A model generated the notes under the pieces. That model saw only the letters and a program-made list of their open reading frames with translations, was not told the origin of the DNA and made no database searches. From IMG/VR virus record IMGVR_UViG_3300023489_000004, positions 1 to 56,865 of that record: 56,865 nt of DNA. One strand, 5' to 3'. Position numbers and translations under genes: made by a program. The stretch is from a virus. This document shows, in pieces, positions 17,765-26,166 of this stretch (positions are counted from its first letter, which is position 1; the number at the start of each line of letters is the position of its first letter).

Positions 17765-17959
17765 TTGAAAGAACTAACAATTATCCTTAACCTGATATGT
17801 TGTATCAGTATAACTGTGATACTTGCAGCTATTGCAATCATGATCCTTTCTTTTATGTGTCATGTAATTATCGAATTTATTGATGAGTGGAGGTACGAAC
17901 ATGCCAACATGCGTTCACGGAGACATCTGTCGAGCTTGGATGATGAGCGATCGAACTAG
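17765..17959 (+). CDS. Small membrane protein
   Basis: TTG start 7 nt after AAAGGAG; TM helix. Confidence 0.45.
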   Translation: MKELTIILNLICCISITVILAAIAIMILSFMCHVIIEFIDEWRYEHANMRSRRHLSSLDDERSN

Positions 17960-18107
17960 GGGTAATGCTCCTTTGGTTTGTACTTGTCCAAACGGATGTA
18001 AATTCTTTGAGGCAAAGTTTAGTAATACCACAGTAGTTGAGCGTAGATATTCAACATATCACCCATTTGGTTATGTTGAGAAAACCACAACTACTTGGAG
18101 CAATTAA
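17901..18107 (+). CDS. Small Cys-rich protein
   Basis: ATG after GGAGG; MPTCVHGDICRAW...CTCPNGC. Confidence 0.5.
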   Translation: MPTCVHGDICRAWMMSDRTRGNAPLVCTCPNGCKFFEAKFSNTTVVERRYSTYHPFGYVEKTTTTWSN

Positions 18108-18120
18108 ACGAAGTATACCA

Positions 18121-18309
18121 ATGTGCACCAAACGCATATATCAGGTAGATTATAACGATAAAGTTATAGGTTACTGGACACTGACAGATGGCGAGGATCT
18201 GATTAATACATTCATTCGCGAACTTAAACAGCAGAAAATCGAAGAAATTCGTATTGAGATGAAGAACTACGGTATAACTATAAATGATTTAAAAGAGGTT
18301 GATAAATAA
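18121..18309 (+). CDS. Hypothetical protein (start uncertain; the track ORF begins at 18037)
   Basis: ORF in the track; no clear RBS. Confidence 0.4.
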   Translation: MCTKRIYQVDYNDKVIGYWTLTDGEDLINTFIRELKQQKIEEIRIEMKNYGITINDLKEVDK

Positions 18310-18584
18310 TGGATACCAATGATAAATATCGTTTGGAACTTTCTAGCGATCAATATGTAAATAAATTGATTCAATGGTGGAATGATACACTATTTGAGTA
18401 TGGTCGTGTTATGACATTAGACTTTAAAGAATATTGCGACTTGGATTCTTATAATTCAGATTTTGGATCTTTTTGGTCATTTGAACTAACTACAGATAAC
18501 TTTAAAATGTCTATTAAACGAGATGCTCATCATGTAAAATCCGTTTGGACACTCGATCTGCCAGAACCAGAATTTCTTTTGTAG
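18309..18584 (+). CDS. Hypothetical protein, paralogue of 14359..14625
   Basis: LIQWWNDTLFEYGRVM motif. Confidence 0.6.
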   Translation: MDTNDKYRLELSSDQYVNKLIQWWNDTLFEYGRVMTLDFKEYCDLDSYNSDFGSFWSFELTTDNFKMSIKRDAHHVKSVWTLDLPEPEFLL

Positions 18585-18594
18585 GAGAGGTAAT

Positions 18595-19281
18595 ATGATT
18601 AAGATTGAAGAAACTGAAACTTACGGATGGGAAGCAGCTATTCGAGGTATGCGCAACCCAATGAATTCTTGGGATAAGAGTGATAGTGGTATTTGCTATA
18701 AAGAAGTTGCTTGCCATTCATGCAATGAAAATAGAAACAATTGCGCCTATAATCTGGAACATGACGGTTTCGTTATAGGCGATAATGATCTAGATCTTAT
18801 GCATCGTCTTTGTGCTGCTGGTAGCGATCATCGTAAGTTTATGCGTATGATCGCCGTGTCTTGTGATATCACTGCTCCACTATATTGGTGGAAAGAATTC
18901 GATACCTACAAGGTAGGCACGGTAGCAAATTCTTGCAGTACGATGCATAAGATTCACGATAAAGAGTTCACTATTGAAGATTTTAGTCATGAGCATTTGC
19001 AAGAACCTATGCTCGAAATTTTGAAGCATACCATACATGGCCTTAATGATTCTCGAGAAGCATATTTGAATTCAAAAGACAAACTCATGTGGTGGCAAAT
19101 GATTCAGCTTCTGCCTAGCTCCTATAATCAGAAGCGCACGGTAATGCTGAACTACGAGGTTCTTTCAAATATTTACAAGTCTCGTAAGAACCATAAGCTC
19201 GATGAGTGGCACGATTTCTGTGATTGGATTAAGACACTGCCGTACTCAGAACTTATCATAGATAAAAAAAAAAGATCGTGA
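18595..19281 (+). CDS. ThyX-like (flavin-dependent thymidylate synthase fold) protein lacking the RHR...S motif
   Basis: Collinear with ThyX blocks: ITAPLYWWKEFDTYKVG aligns with APIFVARQWFRHRIAS, and LLPSSY...N...L.N aligns with VLPLNLYT...N..SL.N. A Cys-rich insert is present at aa 34-50. Confidence 0.45.
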   Translation: MIKIEETETYGWEAAIRGMRNPMNSWDKSDSGICYKEVACHSCNENRNNCAYNLEHDGFVIGDNDLDLMHRLCAAGSDHRKFMRMIAVSCDITAPLYWWKEFDTYKVGTVANSCSTMHKIHDKEFTIEDFSHEHLQEPMLEILKHTIHGLNDSREAYLNSKDKLMWWQMIQLLPSSYNQKRTVMLNYEVLSNIYKSRKNHKLDEWHDFCDWIKTLPYSELIIDKKKRS

Positions 19282-19291
19282 TGATCTTTTT
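19266..19291 (+). terminator. A/T-rich hairpin (weak terminator)
   Basis: AAAAAGATC-GTGAT-GATCTTTTT overlapping the stop codon. Confidence 0.35.
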
Positions 19292-19394
19292 CGAGCACAC
19301 ATTCGTGCGACATTCGGCTCATCACTAGTAGATCCGATAGCTCGTGCAATTCTTACAGGCGAACAGATGCCAGAGGCAAAGGTGGTTTATAAAG

Positions 19395-19718
19395 ATGCGC
19401 TCTCTGAAAAGTAAAATCGGAGTAACCGTAAGAAACACTGATGATTTCGATAACGAACTAACTCTGATCGCCAGTTTGGTAGTGTTGGATACTATGCAAA
19501 TCCACAAATATCAAACAGAGAAACTGACTCCCGAAAAGCAAAGAAACTTAACCAATGACGTAAAAGATCGACTAATGCAATCCCTTTTTAGATACGACGA
19601 AATACAGAAGCTTAAAGAAGATGCCTATAAGCAAGGCTATGACGCTGGATTTCACGACGCAATGGTAGAACTTGATCCAGATGCTCAGCCGCTCAATGAT
19701 AAAGGATATACAGCATAA
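19395..19718 (+). CDS. Hypothetical protein
   Basis: ATG 9 nt after AAAGGTGG; the track ORF starts at 19344. Confidence 0.45.
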   Translation: MRSLKSKIGVTVRNTDDFDNELTLIASLVVLDTMQIHKYQTEKLTPEKQRNLTNDVKDRLMQSLFRYDEIQKLKEDAYKQGYDAGFHDAMVELDPDAQPLNDKGYTA

Positions 19719-19743
19719 ACGACCACAGGTTAAAGGAGTTCTA

Positions 19744-20103
19744 ATGGGTATTATCGAGTATTCTAATATTCAATGTAGAGTTCGTAAATTACACGAACAT
19801 ATCAACCCAAGAGGTTGCTTGGAGTTATTAGCAGAAGAGGCTTCAGAAGTAACTAAAGCAGCTATGAAGCTTATTCGAGTATCAGAGTCTTGCAATGATA
19901 AAGTTTATCCGGCCGATAAAAACAAATACAACATTAAAAACTGCGAAGTAGCTCTTAATAATGAAATAATGGACGTTATAACTTGCGTATTTCTTTTGCA
20001 GGCAGCTCATTATGATGTTCCTAATTCCCTCATGGATTACGACGTTATTATCGAGCGTTTGGACAAGATGATCGCACGGATTGAGGAGAATAAAAATGAG
20101 TAA
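19744..20103 (+). CDS. MazG-like nucleotide pyrophosphohydrolase (putative)
   Basis: LELLAEEASEV...NEIMDV pattern of small all-alpha NTP-PPases; RBS AAAGGAG. Confidence 0.4.
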   Translation: MGIIEYSNIQCRVRKLHEHINPRGCLELLAEEASEVTKAAMKLIRVSESCNDKVYPADKNKYNIKNCEVALNNEIMDVITCVFLLQAAHYDVPNSLMDYDVIIERLDKMIARIEENKNE

Positions 20104-20563
20104 TCTGCCGGAAAAGCATATCATTGACGAATGTATAGATAAAATTTCAAATGTCTATAGTAATAACGATTGCGCTTTTGAGATTCATCCGTTTGATTGT
20201 GACTCGAGGGAATTTTCAATCACATATAACGGTCGTGTGCCACGTCTAACTTTGGTACACGTTGTTGTGAACGACGGTGGAGCAAATCGAACTTTTATAT
20301 TTCAAGTTTGTCAGGATTATGCGTATTGCTATGCTGACGATTTGATGCCGAATAAAACTGATCATTATCTGTATATCGGAGAAATCACTGATTGTACAGA
20401 AAAGCCTCATATTCTATACGAATGTGACGGAATGGCTTGTAAAGATTGTTTTCACAAAGAATGTCATGAGACAACAGATATTACTCATGCAAAGAATTTC
20501 AAGTACTATAACGGAAAATGGGTCGAACGTCGAGATTATTCTCCAAGGAATTTGTATTGCTAG
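20096..20563 (+). CDS. Hypothetical Cys-rich protein
   Basis: ATG 7 nt after GAGGAG; C-terminal CDGMACKDCFHKECH. Confidence 0.5.
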   Translation: MSNLPEKHIIDECIDKISNVYSNNDCAFEIHPFDCDSREFSITYNGRVPRLTLVHVVVNDGGANRTFIFQVCQDYAYCYADDLMPNKTDHYLYIGEITDCTEKPHILYECDGMACKDCFHKECHETTDITHAKNFKYYNGKWVERRDYSPRNLYC

Positions 20564-20575
20564 AAAGGAATCATT

Positions 20576-21583
20576 ATGCAAAATCTACTATTATTCACAT
20601 TTATTAAGAACGCAGCTATAGATTATTATCGTGAAAACTTTGGACAGCTAATTCGGATAGTATCGGATCACGAAGAAAATACTTTCAGTTTAACAGTGCA
20701 TAATCCAGAATATAAATACCAAGTAAACGGTACCAAGTATGAAAGGCTAAGTGAAGGGGTCGAGCGAATAACCTATAGACTTGATTTAGATTTTGAACAT
20801 TATGGAATAACGCTACCGACAAAGAAAATAGAAGCGGTGAAGCGTGTAGAGGTAATCGATAAAAAGTATAATAATTTCAAGGTTACTTATACAATCACTG
20901 ACGTTAAAGACGATGAGCCGTATTTTATGTATTGGGGGAGAAAGGCTATTTATAACTCCCTTCGAATGGACGATTGCGGAAAGAAATTAGCAGAATTTAT
21001 AGAAAATACGTTCTTCAAAGACGCATTTGTTATGTGGTTCGATGATCGTGAAAAACGTTTTACGATTGCTACGCATAAGGACCTTCAAGACATTACTGAT
21101 TATTTTATAATCACAAACGTTAAACCTTGTCCAGAATTCGAGATGTTTTTTAGATGCATAAAGACTTATAGCTCTAACATCAATCCGGAAGTTATAGAGC
21201 GAACTTATATTCTCGAAGGCGTTCGCCCGAAACCTTCAACGATTAAATGTGGAGATCAGACTTTCAAGTTTGTCGGGAATATTGTAGATGAGGGCTTTGA
21301 TGAGCCGAATTCTTGCGAATCTAGTTCTGATCCAGTAAACCATCCGAATCATTACGAGATGGTCGGACCGTTCGAGTCTTTTGATATTATTGTCGAATCT
21401 CTCGGAATTGATGGTGCTCGACAGTTCTGCCAGGGCAATATTATTAAATACCAGACTCGTTATAAGGAGAAGAACGGTGAAGAGGATCTCAAGAAGCGTC
21501 ATTGGTATTCTAGGATGGATCAAATGCTAGCCAAATGCAAAACCATTAAAGACTACTATAAATTGAAGGAGAGTGATTTTTAA
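20576..21583 (+). CDS. Protein with C-terminal DUF3310-like domain
   Basis: NHPNHYE...FDIIVESLG...FCQGNIIKYQTRYKEKNGEEDLKKRHWY resembles the DUF3310 consensus. Confidence 0.5.
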   Translation: MQNLLLFTFIKNAAIDYYRENFGQLIRIVSDHEENTFSLTVHNPEYKYQVNGTKYERLSEGVERITYRLDLDFEHYGITLPTKKIEAVKRVEVIDKKYNNFKVTYTITDVKDDEPYFMYWGRKAIYNSLRMDDCGKKLAEFIENTFFKDAFVMWFDDREKRFTIATHKDLQDITDYFIITNVKPCPEFEMFFRCIKTYSSNINPEVIERTYILEGVRPKPSTIKCGDQTFKFVGNIVDEGFDEPNSCESSSDPVNHPNHYEMVGPFESFDIIVESLGIDGARQFCQGNIIKYQTRYKEKNGEEDLKKRHWYSRMDQMLAKCKTIKDYYKLKESDF

Positions 21584-21861
21584 TGGCCGTCGCTAAAATG
21601 GACAAGCTGATGGAAAATTTGTCAAACGGTTTTGCTAATTTTTATAGGACCGCTTATGGCAAAAATCCACCTGATGTTGACCATGTTATCTTTAACGGAC
21701 CAGCGACTATCGTGTTCTGGGAAGACGGCAAGAAGACAGTCGTAAAGCGTAAGATGGACGATCCTGATAACAAGAATCTGGCTATCATGTACGCGATTAT
21801 GAAGCGAATTCTCGGATCGACCTCTGCCGTGAACCGCTATATCAACAAAACTTGTCTCTGA
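21583..21861 (+). CDS. Hypothetical conserved phage protein
   Basis: VIFNGPATIVFWEDGKKTVVK pattern; TAATG overlap. Confidence 0.55.
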   Translation: MAVAKMDKLMENLSNGFANFYRTAYGKNPPDVDHVIFNGPATIVFWEDGKKTVVKRKMDDPDNKNLAIMYAIMKRILGSTSAVNRYINKTCL

Positions 21862-21897
21862 GGCTAAGATCAAGGATTCTAAGTAGAAAGGTTTTTA

Positions 21898-22101
21898 ATG
21901 CTTGCAATTATTGTCATTATTGCCGGTTTGATAATCGGCTGGGCATTCTCTTGGGGTATTACTGTCGGTATTCTTTGGGGCATTGTCTGGTTACTAAATA
22001 TGGCCGGCGTTGCGATCGAGTTTAACATTTACGTTGTCACGGCAATTTGGCTTATCATGGCTCTGCTTCGTAGCGTATTTTCTTCAAAGAATGGAGACTA
22101 A
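21898..22101 (+). CDS. Small membrane protein
   Basis: Two to three hydrophobic helices. Confidence 0.55.
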   Translation: MLAIIVIIAGLIIGWAFSWGITVGILWGIVWLLNMAGVAIEFNIYVVTAIWLIMALLRSVFSSKNGD

Positions 22102-22105
22102 TCAT

Positions 22106-22276
22106 ATGAAGCGCTATATGATCCGGGATATCCTGGAGATGATTGGTGAAGTTTTGCTATGGGCCATTGGGATTCTTGCTGCTCTGCTCATTATTGTACT
22201 GCTTGGAATTCTAATCTACGGTTTACTTTTCGATCCATCGATGTTTGTCCACCATGTTGTAGTGACTGCTAAGTAA
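22106..22276 (+). CDS. Small membrane protein
   Basis: In-frame ATG; one long TM segment. Confidence 0.5.
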   Translation: MKRYMIRDILEMIGEVLLWAIGILAALLIIVLLGILIYGLLFDPSMFVHHVVVTAK

Positions 22277-22286
22277 AGGTAACGCC

Positions 22287-22397
22287 ATGAAACGATACAC
22301 ATTTTTACACTTCTGCTTTGATATGATTATGACTGTTATCACTGGAGGTCTATGGCTTGTTTGGTTGTTTTTCAAGTTTCTAAGGAATAACTCATGA
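22287..22397 (+). CDS. 36-aa membrane peptide
   Basis: MKRYTFLHFCFDMIMTVITGGLWLVWLFFKF; ATGA overlap with the next gene. Below the track's size cutoff. Confidence 0.4.
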   Translation: MKRYTFLHFCFDMIMTVITGGLWLVWLFFKFLRNNS

Positions 22398-22579
22398 TGC
22401 ATATAGTAGAATTTAACAAATACTGCGAGACTTGTAAGTATTCAGATGTAGACGAATGGGAAGACCCATGTAACGAATGTTTGCATAACCCGGTTAAAGA
22501 AGATAGTCGAAAGCCAGTAAATTACACAGAAGACGGACACAAGAATGAACCCAAGAGATCTAAGAAAACTAAGGCTTAG
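22394..22579 (+). CDS. Small zinc-finger protein
   Basis: CETC...CNEC. Confidence 0.55.
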   Translation: MMHIVEFNKYCETCKYSDVDEWEDPCNECLHNPVKEDSRKPVNYTEDGHKNEPKRSKKTKA

Positions 22580-22745
22580 TCTTGGGTTAAGTCCGCGAGT
22601 CTGTGCAGCCGATATGGGTGTTACCAGGCAAACCGTCTATAATCTAGAATCGGGAAGAACTACCAAAGAAGCAAGCCTATATTACTATGAGCTATATTTA
22701 CAAGAAGTAAAACGTAGGAGAGACGATGCAAGAAACAAAATGTAA
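22545..22745 (+). CDS. XRE-family helix-turn-helix regulator
   Basis: LRKLRLSLGLSPRVCAADMGVTRQTVYNLESG. Confidence 0.65.
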   Translation: MNPRDLRKLRLSLGLSPRVCAADMGVTRQTVYNLESGRTTKEASLYYYELYLQEVKRRRDDARNKM

Positions 22746-22980
22746 TATTACTTTCGAACCGTTATACAAAAGCTATTCAGACAAAGAAGTTATCGGTAGT
22801 CTTTGTCATATTAGCGATCCAAAGATGACCATCGGTTATAAGGACGGACGTTATTGGGGATCTGCTCGTAATGGCGGCATTACGACTCCTATCGATGAGA
22901 AGAGATTAGCTACGATTATCAAGATTCACAAACTTGACGTACTTCTTCCTTCTGAGTTTGAGTCGTATTCGCAGAAATAG
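22726..22980 (+). CDS. Hypothetical protein
   Basis: RBS AGGAGAG; 84 aa. Confidence 0.55.
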   Translation: MQETKCNITFEPLYKSYSDKEVIGSLCHISDPKMTIGYKDGRYWGSARNGGITTPIDEKRLATIIKIHKLDVLLPSEFESYSQK

Positions 22981-22992
22981 TACAGGCTATAA
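22968..22992 (+). promoter_or_regulatory. Early-type promoter motif (CGCA-N14-TATAAT)
   Basis: TCGCAGAAATAGTACAGGCTATAAT. Confidence 0.45.
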
Positions 22993-23019
22993 TAGACTGG
23001 ACAATGAAAGGAGTCTATT

Positions 23020-23223
23020 ATGTACATGTCTGTGTCAGATCAATACTTTTGGGAATTCATTCTTGTTATTTCAATTGGTATTACTTTCGCATTTTGGTAC
23101 ATCAAAGGAGTTATTGACGACAAAATGAAGGAACAGTACCGACTTGGATTTTACGAAGGATATGATAAAGGATGGTATACGTGTCGTGACATAATGTGGG
23201 ATACATCAGACGAGAAAAATTAA
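23020..23223 (+). CDS. Small membrane protein
   Basis: GAAAGGAG RBS; one TM helix. Confidence 0.55.
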   Translation: MYMSVSDQYFWEFILVISIGITFAFWYIKGVIDDKMKEQYRLGFYEGYDKGWYTCRDIMWDTSDEKN

Positions 23224-23234
23224 TCTAGTCAAAT

Positions 23235-23269
23235 AGGGGTCAAGAAAAATCTTGACCTCTTTATTTTTT
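23235..23269 (+). terminator. Intrinsic terminator
   Basis: GGGGTCAAG-AAAAAT-CTTGACCTC followed by TTTATTTTTT. Confidence 0.7.
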
Positions 23270-23288
23270 CTCTTGAAAGGAGAACGGT

Positions 23289-24098
23289 ATGGTAAACTTT
23301 GACGTTATTAGGAGTGGCATGGAGAAACATTCCCCAGCAATTCTAACAGGACTCGGAATTATTGGAATCGGATCGACTGTTGTATTTGCAGTACGAGCAA
23401 CCCCTAAAGCACTTGATCTTATCGATGATGCGTATTTGGATAAGGCACACTGTGATCACGATGAAATGCTATATGGCATGGGGGGAGGAGAACCCGTTAT
23501 TAGCCATAAGCTTGAATTTTTGGGAGTCCGCGACACCGTAAAGGCAACATGGAAGTGCTATATTCCTGCAGCCGTAATGGGAGCCTTCACAATTGCATGC
23601 TTTATCGGATCAAATCGAGTAAGTGCTCTTCGAACTGCAGCGCTTAGCAGTGCATATTCTATGACTGAGAAAGCTCTTAATACATACGAGCAGAAAGTCA
23701 TTGATATTCTTGGAGCTGATAAGAACGAAGAGATCCGAGAAGCAATTGCACAAGATCAACTTGATTCTTCTACGGACGTTGTGATTCCAACATATAGCAC
23801 TGGAACGGAGCTTTGTTATGACACGATCACTGGTCAATATTTTTGGAGTGATAAAGAAAAGATCAGAGCTGCCGTAAATGATTTTAACAAGGTTCTTATC
23901 GGAGACATGTATGCTGATAAGAACGAATGGCTCCTTACGGTTGGCGAGAATCAAGTAAAAGACGGCCATCTTGTAGGTTGGAGCATTAGCAAACTGTTAG
24001 ATATTGATATTAAGTCTCTAGTTGCTCCGAATGGAAAACCCTGTTTAGCTATTGATTATTATACCCTTCCTTCTCCGGATTTCCGTCGCGAATTTTAA
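23289..24098 (+). CDS. Membrane-anchored protein, paralogue of 28380..29321
   Basis: Shared N-terminal ..SPxILTxxGxIGxxSTVxxAxxATxK.. helix and LVGW motif. Confidence 0.6.
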   Translation: MVNFDVIRSGMEKHSPAILTGLGIIGIGSTVVFAVRATPKALDLIDDAYLDKAHCDHDEMLYGMGGGEPVISHKLEFLGVRDTVKATWKCYIPAAVMGAFTIACFIGSNRVSALRTAALSSAYSMTEKALNTYEQKVIDILGADKNEEIREAIAQDQLDSSTDVVIPTYSTGTELCYDTITGQYFWSDKEKIRAAVNDFNKVLIGDMYADKNEWLLTVGENQVKDGHLVGWSISKLLDIDIKSLVAPNGKPCLAIDYYTLPSPDFRREF

Positions 24099-24110
24099 AC
24101 ATCCTATAAT
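24086..24110 (+). promoter_or_regulatory. Early promoter motif
   Basis: GTCGCGAATTTTAAACATCCTATAAT. Confidence 0.55.
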
Positions 24111-24142
24111 GAAGGGTTAAAGCTATTGAAAGGAGAGCCCTC

Positions 24143-24478
24143 ATGAAGAAGCAGGATATTATGCATTTCTTCGACGAGCACAAAACTGAGCTTATTTGCT
24201 TGGGAGTTGGTATTGGAATTGGCGCTTATGCTATGTATAGGCATCACTTTGGACCGATCTGCCAGGATGTCAGTCATGCTGTTCTAAAAGTTAGCGGAAA
24301 GAATCAAGCTAAGGCAGTAGAGACGTTGACTGGATGGTGGAACGCGGCCGGTGATATGCCTAGTAAGGGCGGAGCTTGCGCGATTCAACCGGCTCCTGTA
24401 GCAAAGGAAGCTATCGAGGGACTGCTCAAAGAAGCTGGAAATGATGATAGTATCATGTGGTGGATTGAGAAACTGTAA
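24143..24478 (+). CDS. Small membrane protein
   Basis: TM helix LICLGVGIGIGAYAMY; has its own promoter and terminator. Confidence 0.6.
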   Translation: MKKQDIMHFFDEHKTELICLGVGIGIGAYAMYRHHFGPICQDVSHAVLKVSGKNQAKAVETLTGWWNAAGDMPSKGGACAIQPAPVAKEAIEGLLKEAGNDDSIMWWIEKL

Positions 24479-24493
24479 ATCGATTTAGCCCAG

Positions 24494-24531
24494 AAAGAGA
24501 TACTAAGAATTCTTAGTATCTCTTTTTTTTT
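24494..24531 (+). terminator. Intrinsic terminator
   Basis: 32-nt perfect palindrome (AAAGAGATACTAAGAATTCTTAGTATCTCTTT) followed by T-run. Confidence 0.8.
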
Positions 24532-24546
24532 CTTTGTGAGGTTCTT

Positions 24547-24876
24547 ATGTATTGCTATCTTCTGGTTGACGGAAAATTCGTAAACGGCGGATATTTTGAT
24601 ACTTTAACTGTGAACATGCTTGATACTAAGGTATATGTAGCAACTTTGCAAGGACGTCTTGGACCAGAAAAGGTTTTTGTATCCGGTCGTCCGAATACTA
24701 TCTACAACAACACTTTGTGGTTGGAAGAAGACGATCCTGAGTTGGCTAAGAACGCATTTGGAGATATGATCAGAAAAGACTACGTCCAAAAGAGATGGCA
24801 ATTGACCGAGGAATATCATACTAAAATGGCTATCCTGTGTACATCATACAGCCTTCAATATCCGCCAGAAGACTAG
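24547..24876 (+). CDS. Hypothetical protein, paralogue of 25808..26152
   Basis: MYCYLLVDGKF...WLEEDDPELAKN aligns with MYGYMLLNKKF...WLKNDNPERAKK. Confidence 0.6.
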   Translation: MYCYLLVDGKFVNGGYFDTLTVNMLDTKVYVATLQGRLGPEKVFVSGRPNTIYNNTLWLEEDDPELAKNAFGDMIRKDYVQKRWQLTEEYHTKMAILCTSYSLQYPPED

Positions 24877-24882
24877 TCAATT

Positions 24883-24907
24883 TCGCGAAAAAATAACATC
24901 CTATAAT
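24883..24907 (+). promoter_or_regulatory. Early promoter motif
   Basis: TTCGCGAAAAAATAACATCCTATAAT; the next 47 nt are identical to 27670-27720. Confidence 0.55.
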
Positions 24908-24939
24908 GACATGGTATATTTAGTTGAAAGGAGTTTACC

Positions 24940-25182
24940 ATGGCTGACGAGAAGAACGTTCAGGTTGAAGCTGACGAGGTAGTCGAGGAGAAGACTGATA
25001 AGAAGTTTGATATTCCGTTCCCCGCTAAGGTTGTTCTTGTCGCCGGAGCAGGCATCGCTGGTGTTGCTCTGGTGGCTTGGGCAATCTGCTCGGGAAAGGG
25101 AAAGCAAGTTTCCGAGGTCGCTGAGGCTGCTAAGGAAGTCCTTCCCGAAGTTACAGAAGAAGCTGTGAAAGCTGCGATCTAG
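24940..25182 (+). CDS. Small membrane protein
   Basis: Acidic N-terminus followed by TM VVLVAGAGIAGVALVAWAI. Confidence 0.6.
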   Translation: MADEKNVQVEADEVVEEKTDKKFDIPFPAKVVLVAGAGIAGVALVAWAICSGKGKQVSEVAEAAKEVLPEVTEEAVKAAI

Positions 25183-25199
25183 CAATTCGCACATGTCTT

Positions 25200-25234
25200 T
25201 AGAGACGCTAAGAAAACTTAGCGTCTCTATTTTT
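25200..25234 (+). terminator. Intrinsic terminator
   Basis: AGAGACGCTAAG-AAAA-CTTAGCGTCTCT followed by ATTTTT. Confidence 0.8.
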
Positions 25235-25257
25235 CTCTTGAAAGGTAAGTCGCCACC

Positions 25258-25443
25258 ATGATTAAGCTTTCGGATTTTGAACTCCACTCACTAATAAACA
25301 TATATCAAGATGCATTGGACACGTTGACAAAAGCTCGAGACGAGTACTGGTATTCGGAAGAAGACCTAGTACATTTCGATAAAAATATTTCAGCTTTGGA
25401 AGATCGAATTGAACTACTCTCGCGAGAATTAAACGCCCTATAA
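25258..25443 (+). CDS. Small coiled-coil protein (paralogue family with 15290, 15567 and 15908)
   Basis: MIKLSDFELHSLINIYQDALDTL. Confidence 0.55.
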   Translation: MIKLSDFELHSLINIYQDALDTLTKARDEYWYSEEDLVHFDKNISALEDRIELLSRELNAL

Positions 25444-25444
25444 T
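25420..25444 (+). promoter_or_regulatory. Early promoter motif
   Basis: TCGCGAGAATTAAACGCCCTATAAT; the TATAAT contains the upstream stop codon. Confidence 0.55.
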
Positions 25445-25476
25445 GAAGGTGTTATTCTCTTGAAAGGAGAACTATT

Positions 25477-25743
25477 ATGAACTGGAAAATTATCGAGACT
25501 GTAGGAAGCATCGTTGGATCGATCGCTGGCTATCAGACTGCTGCTACAATTATCGAGGCATTCATTCCAGCTACTGCATCAGTATTTAAGAAGAGTTCTA
25601 TGCTGATCGGAGCTACTTTGATTGGTTCGATTGTTGGTGGTAAATGCATGGATGAGGCTTATGATCAGATTCGATCGATTAAGTATTTCTACGAGCACGC
25701 CGATTTCACCAAGTTCTTTGGTAAAAAAGTAAAAGAGCACTAA
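25477..25743 (+). CDS. Small membrane protein
   Basis: Two hydrophobic segments; has its own promoter and terminator. Confidence 0.6.
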   Translation: MNWKIIETVGSIVGSIAGYQTAATIIEAFIPATASVFKKSSMLIGATLIGSIVGGKCMDEAYDQIRSIKYFYEHADFTKFFGKKVKEH

Positions 25744-25748
25744 CACAG

Positions 25749-25784
25749 AATAATAGGAGCTAATTAGCTCCTATTATTTTTTTT
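25749..25784 (+). terminator. Intrinsic terminator
   Basis: AATAATAGGAGCTAATTAGCTCCTATTATT followed by T-run; near-copy of 27965. Confidence 0.8.
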
Positions 25785-25807
25785 CATTTTCTCGAAAGGA
25801 TTAAATC

Positions 25808-26152
25808 ATGTACGGTTATATGCTTCTGAACAAAAAATTCTATGAATTAGGAGAAATCCAACTAACTAAGTTTCGTTCTTATGATGGTTCGACATTTGCG
25901 TGTCCTTTAGATGATGATCCTAACGACAAGCATATGGCATTAAGAGGATCTAAAGTTTGGAAGATGTCGGATAACGAAGGAGAAGTTCTTCAATGCCGAA
26001 CTGTATGGTTGAAAAACGATAATCCCGAACGAGCAAAGAAACTTATCGCAGAAGCTCTAATGGCTAGACGTTGCGCTGAAATCGAGAAAGCAAATGTTAA
26101 ATACCAAAATGCCTTCGAGGCATTGAATATTTCTGATGTTTTCGCCTTTTAG
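25808..26152 (+). CDS. Hypothetical protein, paralogue of 24547..24876
   Basis: See 24547. Confidence 0.6.
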   Translation: MYGYMLLNKKFYELGEIQLTKFRSYDGSTFACPLDDDPNDKHMALRGSKVWKMSDNEGEVLQCRTVWLKNDNPERAKKLIAEALMARRCAEIEKANVKYQNAFEALNISDVFAF

Positions 26153-26166
26153 AAAGGACCAAACCA

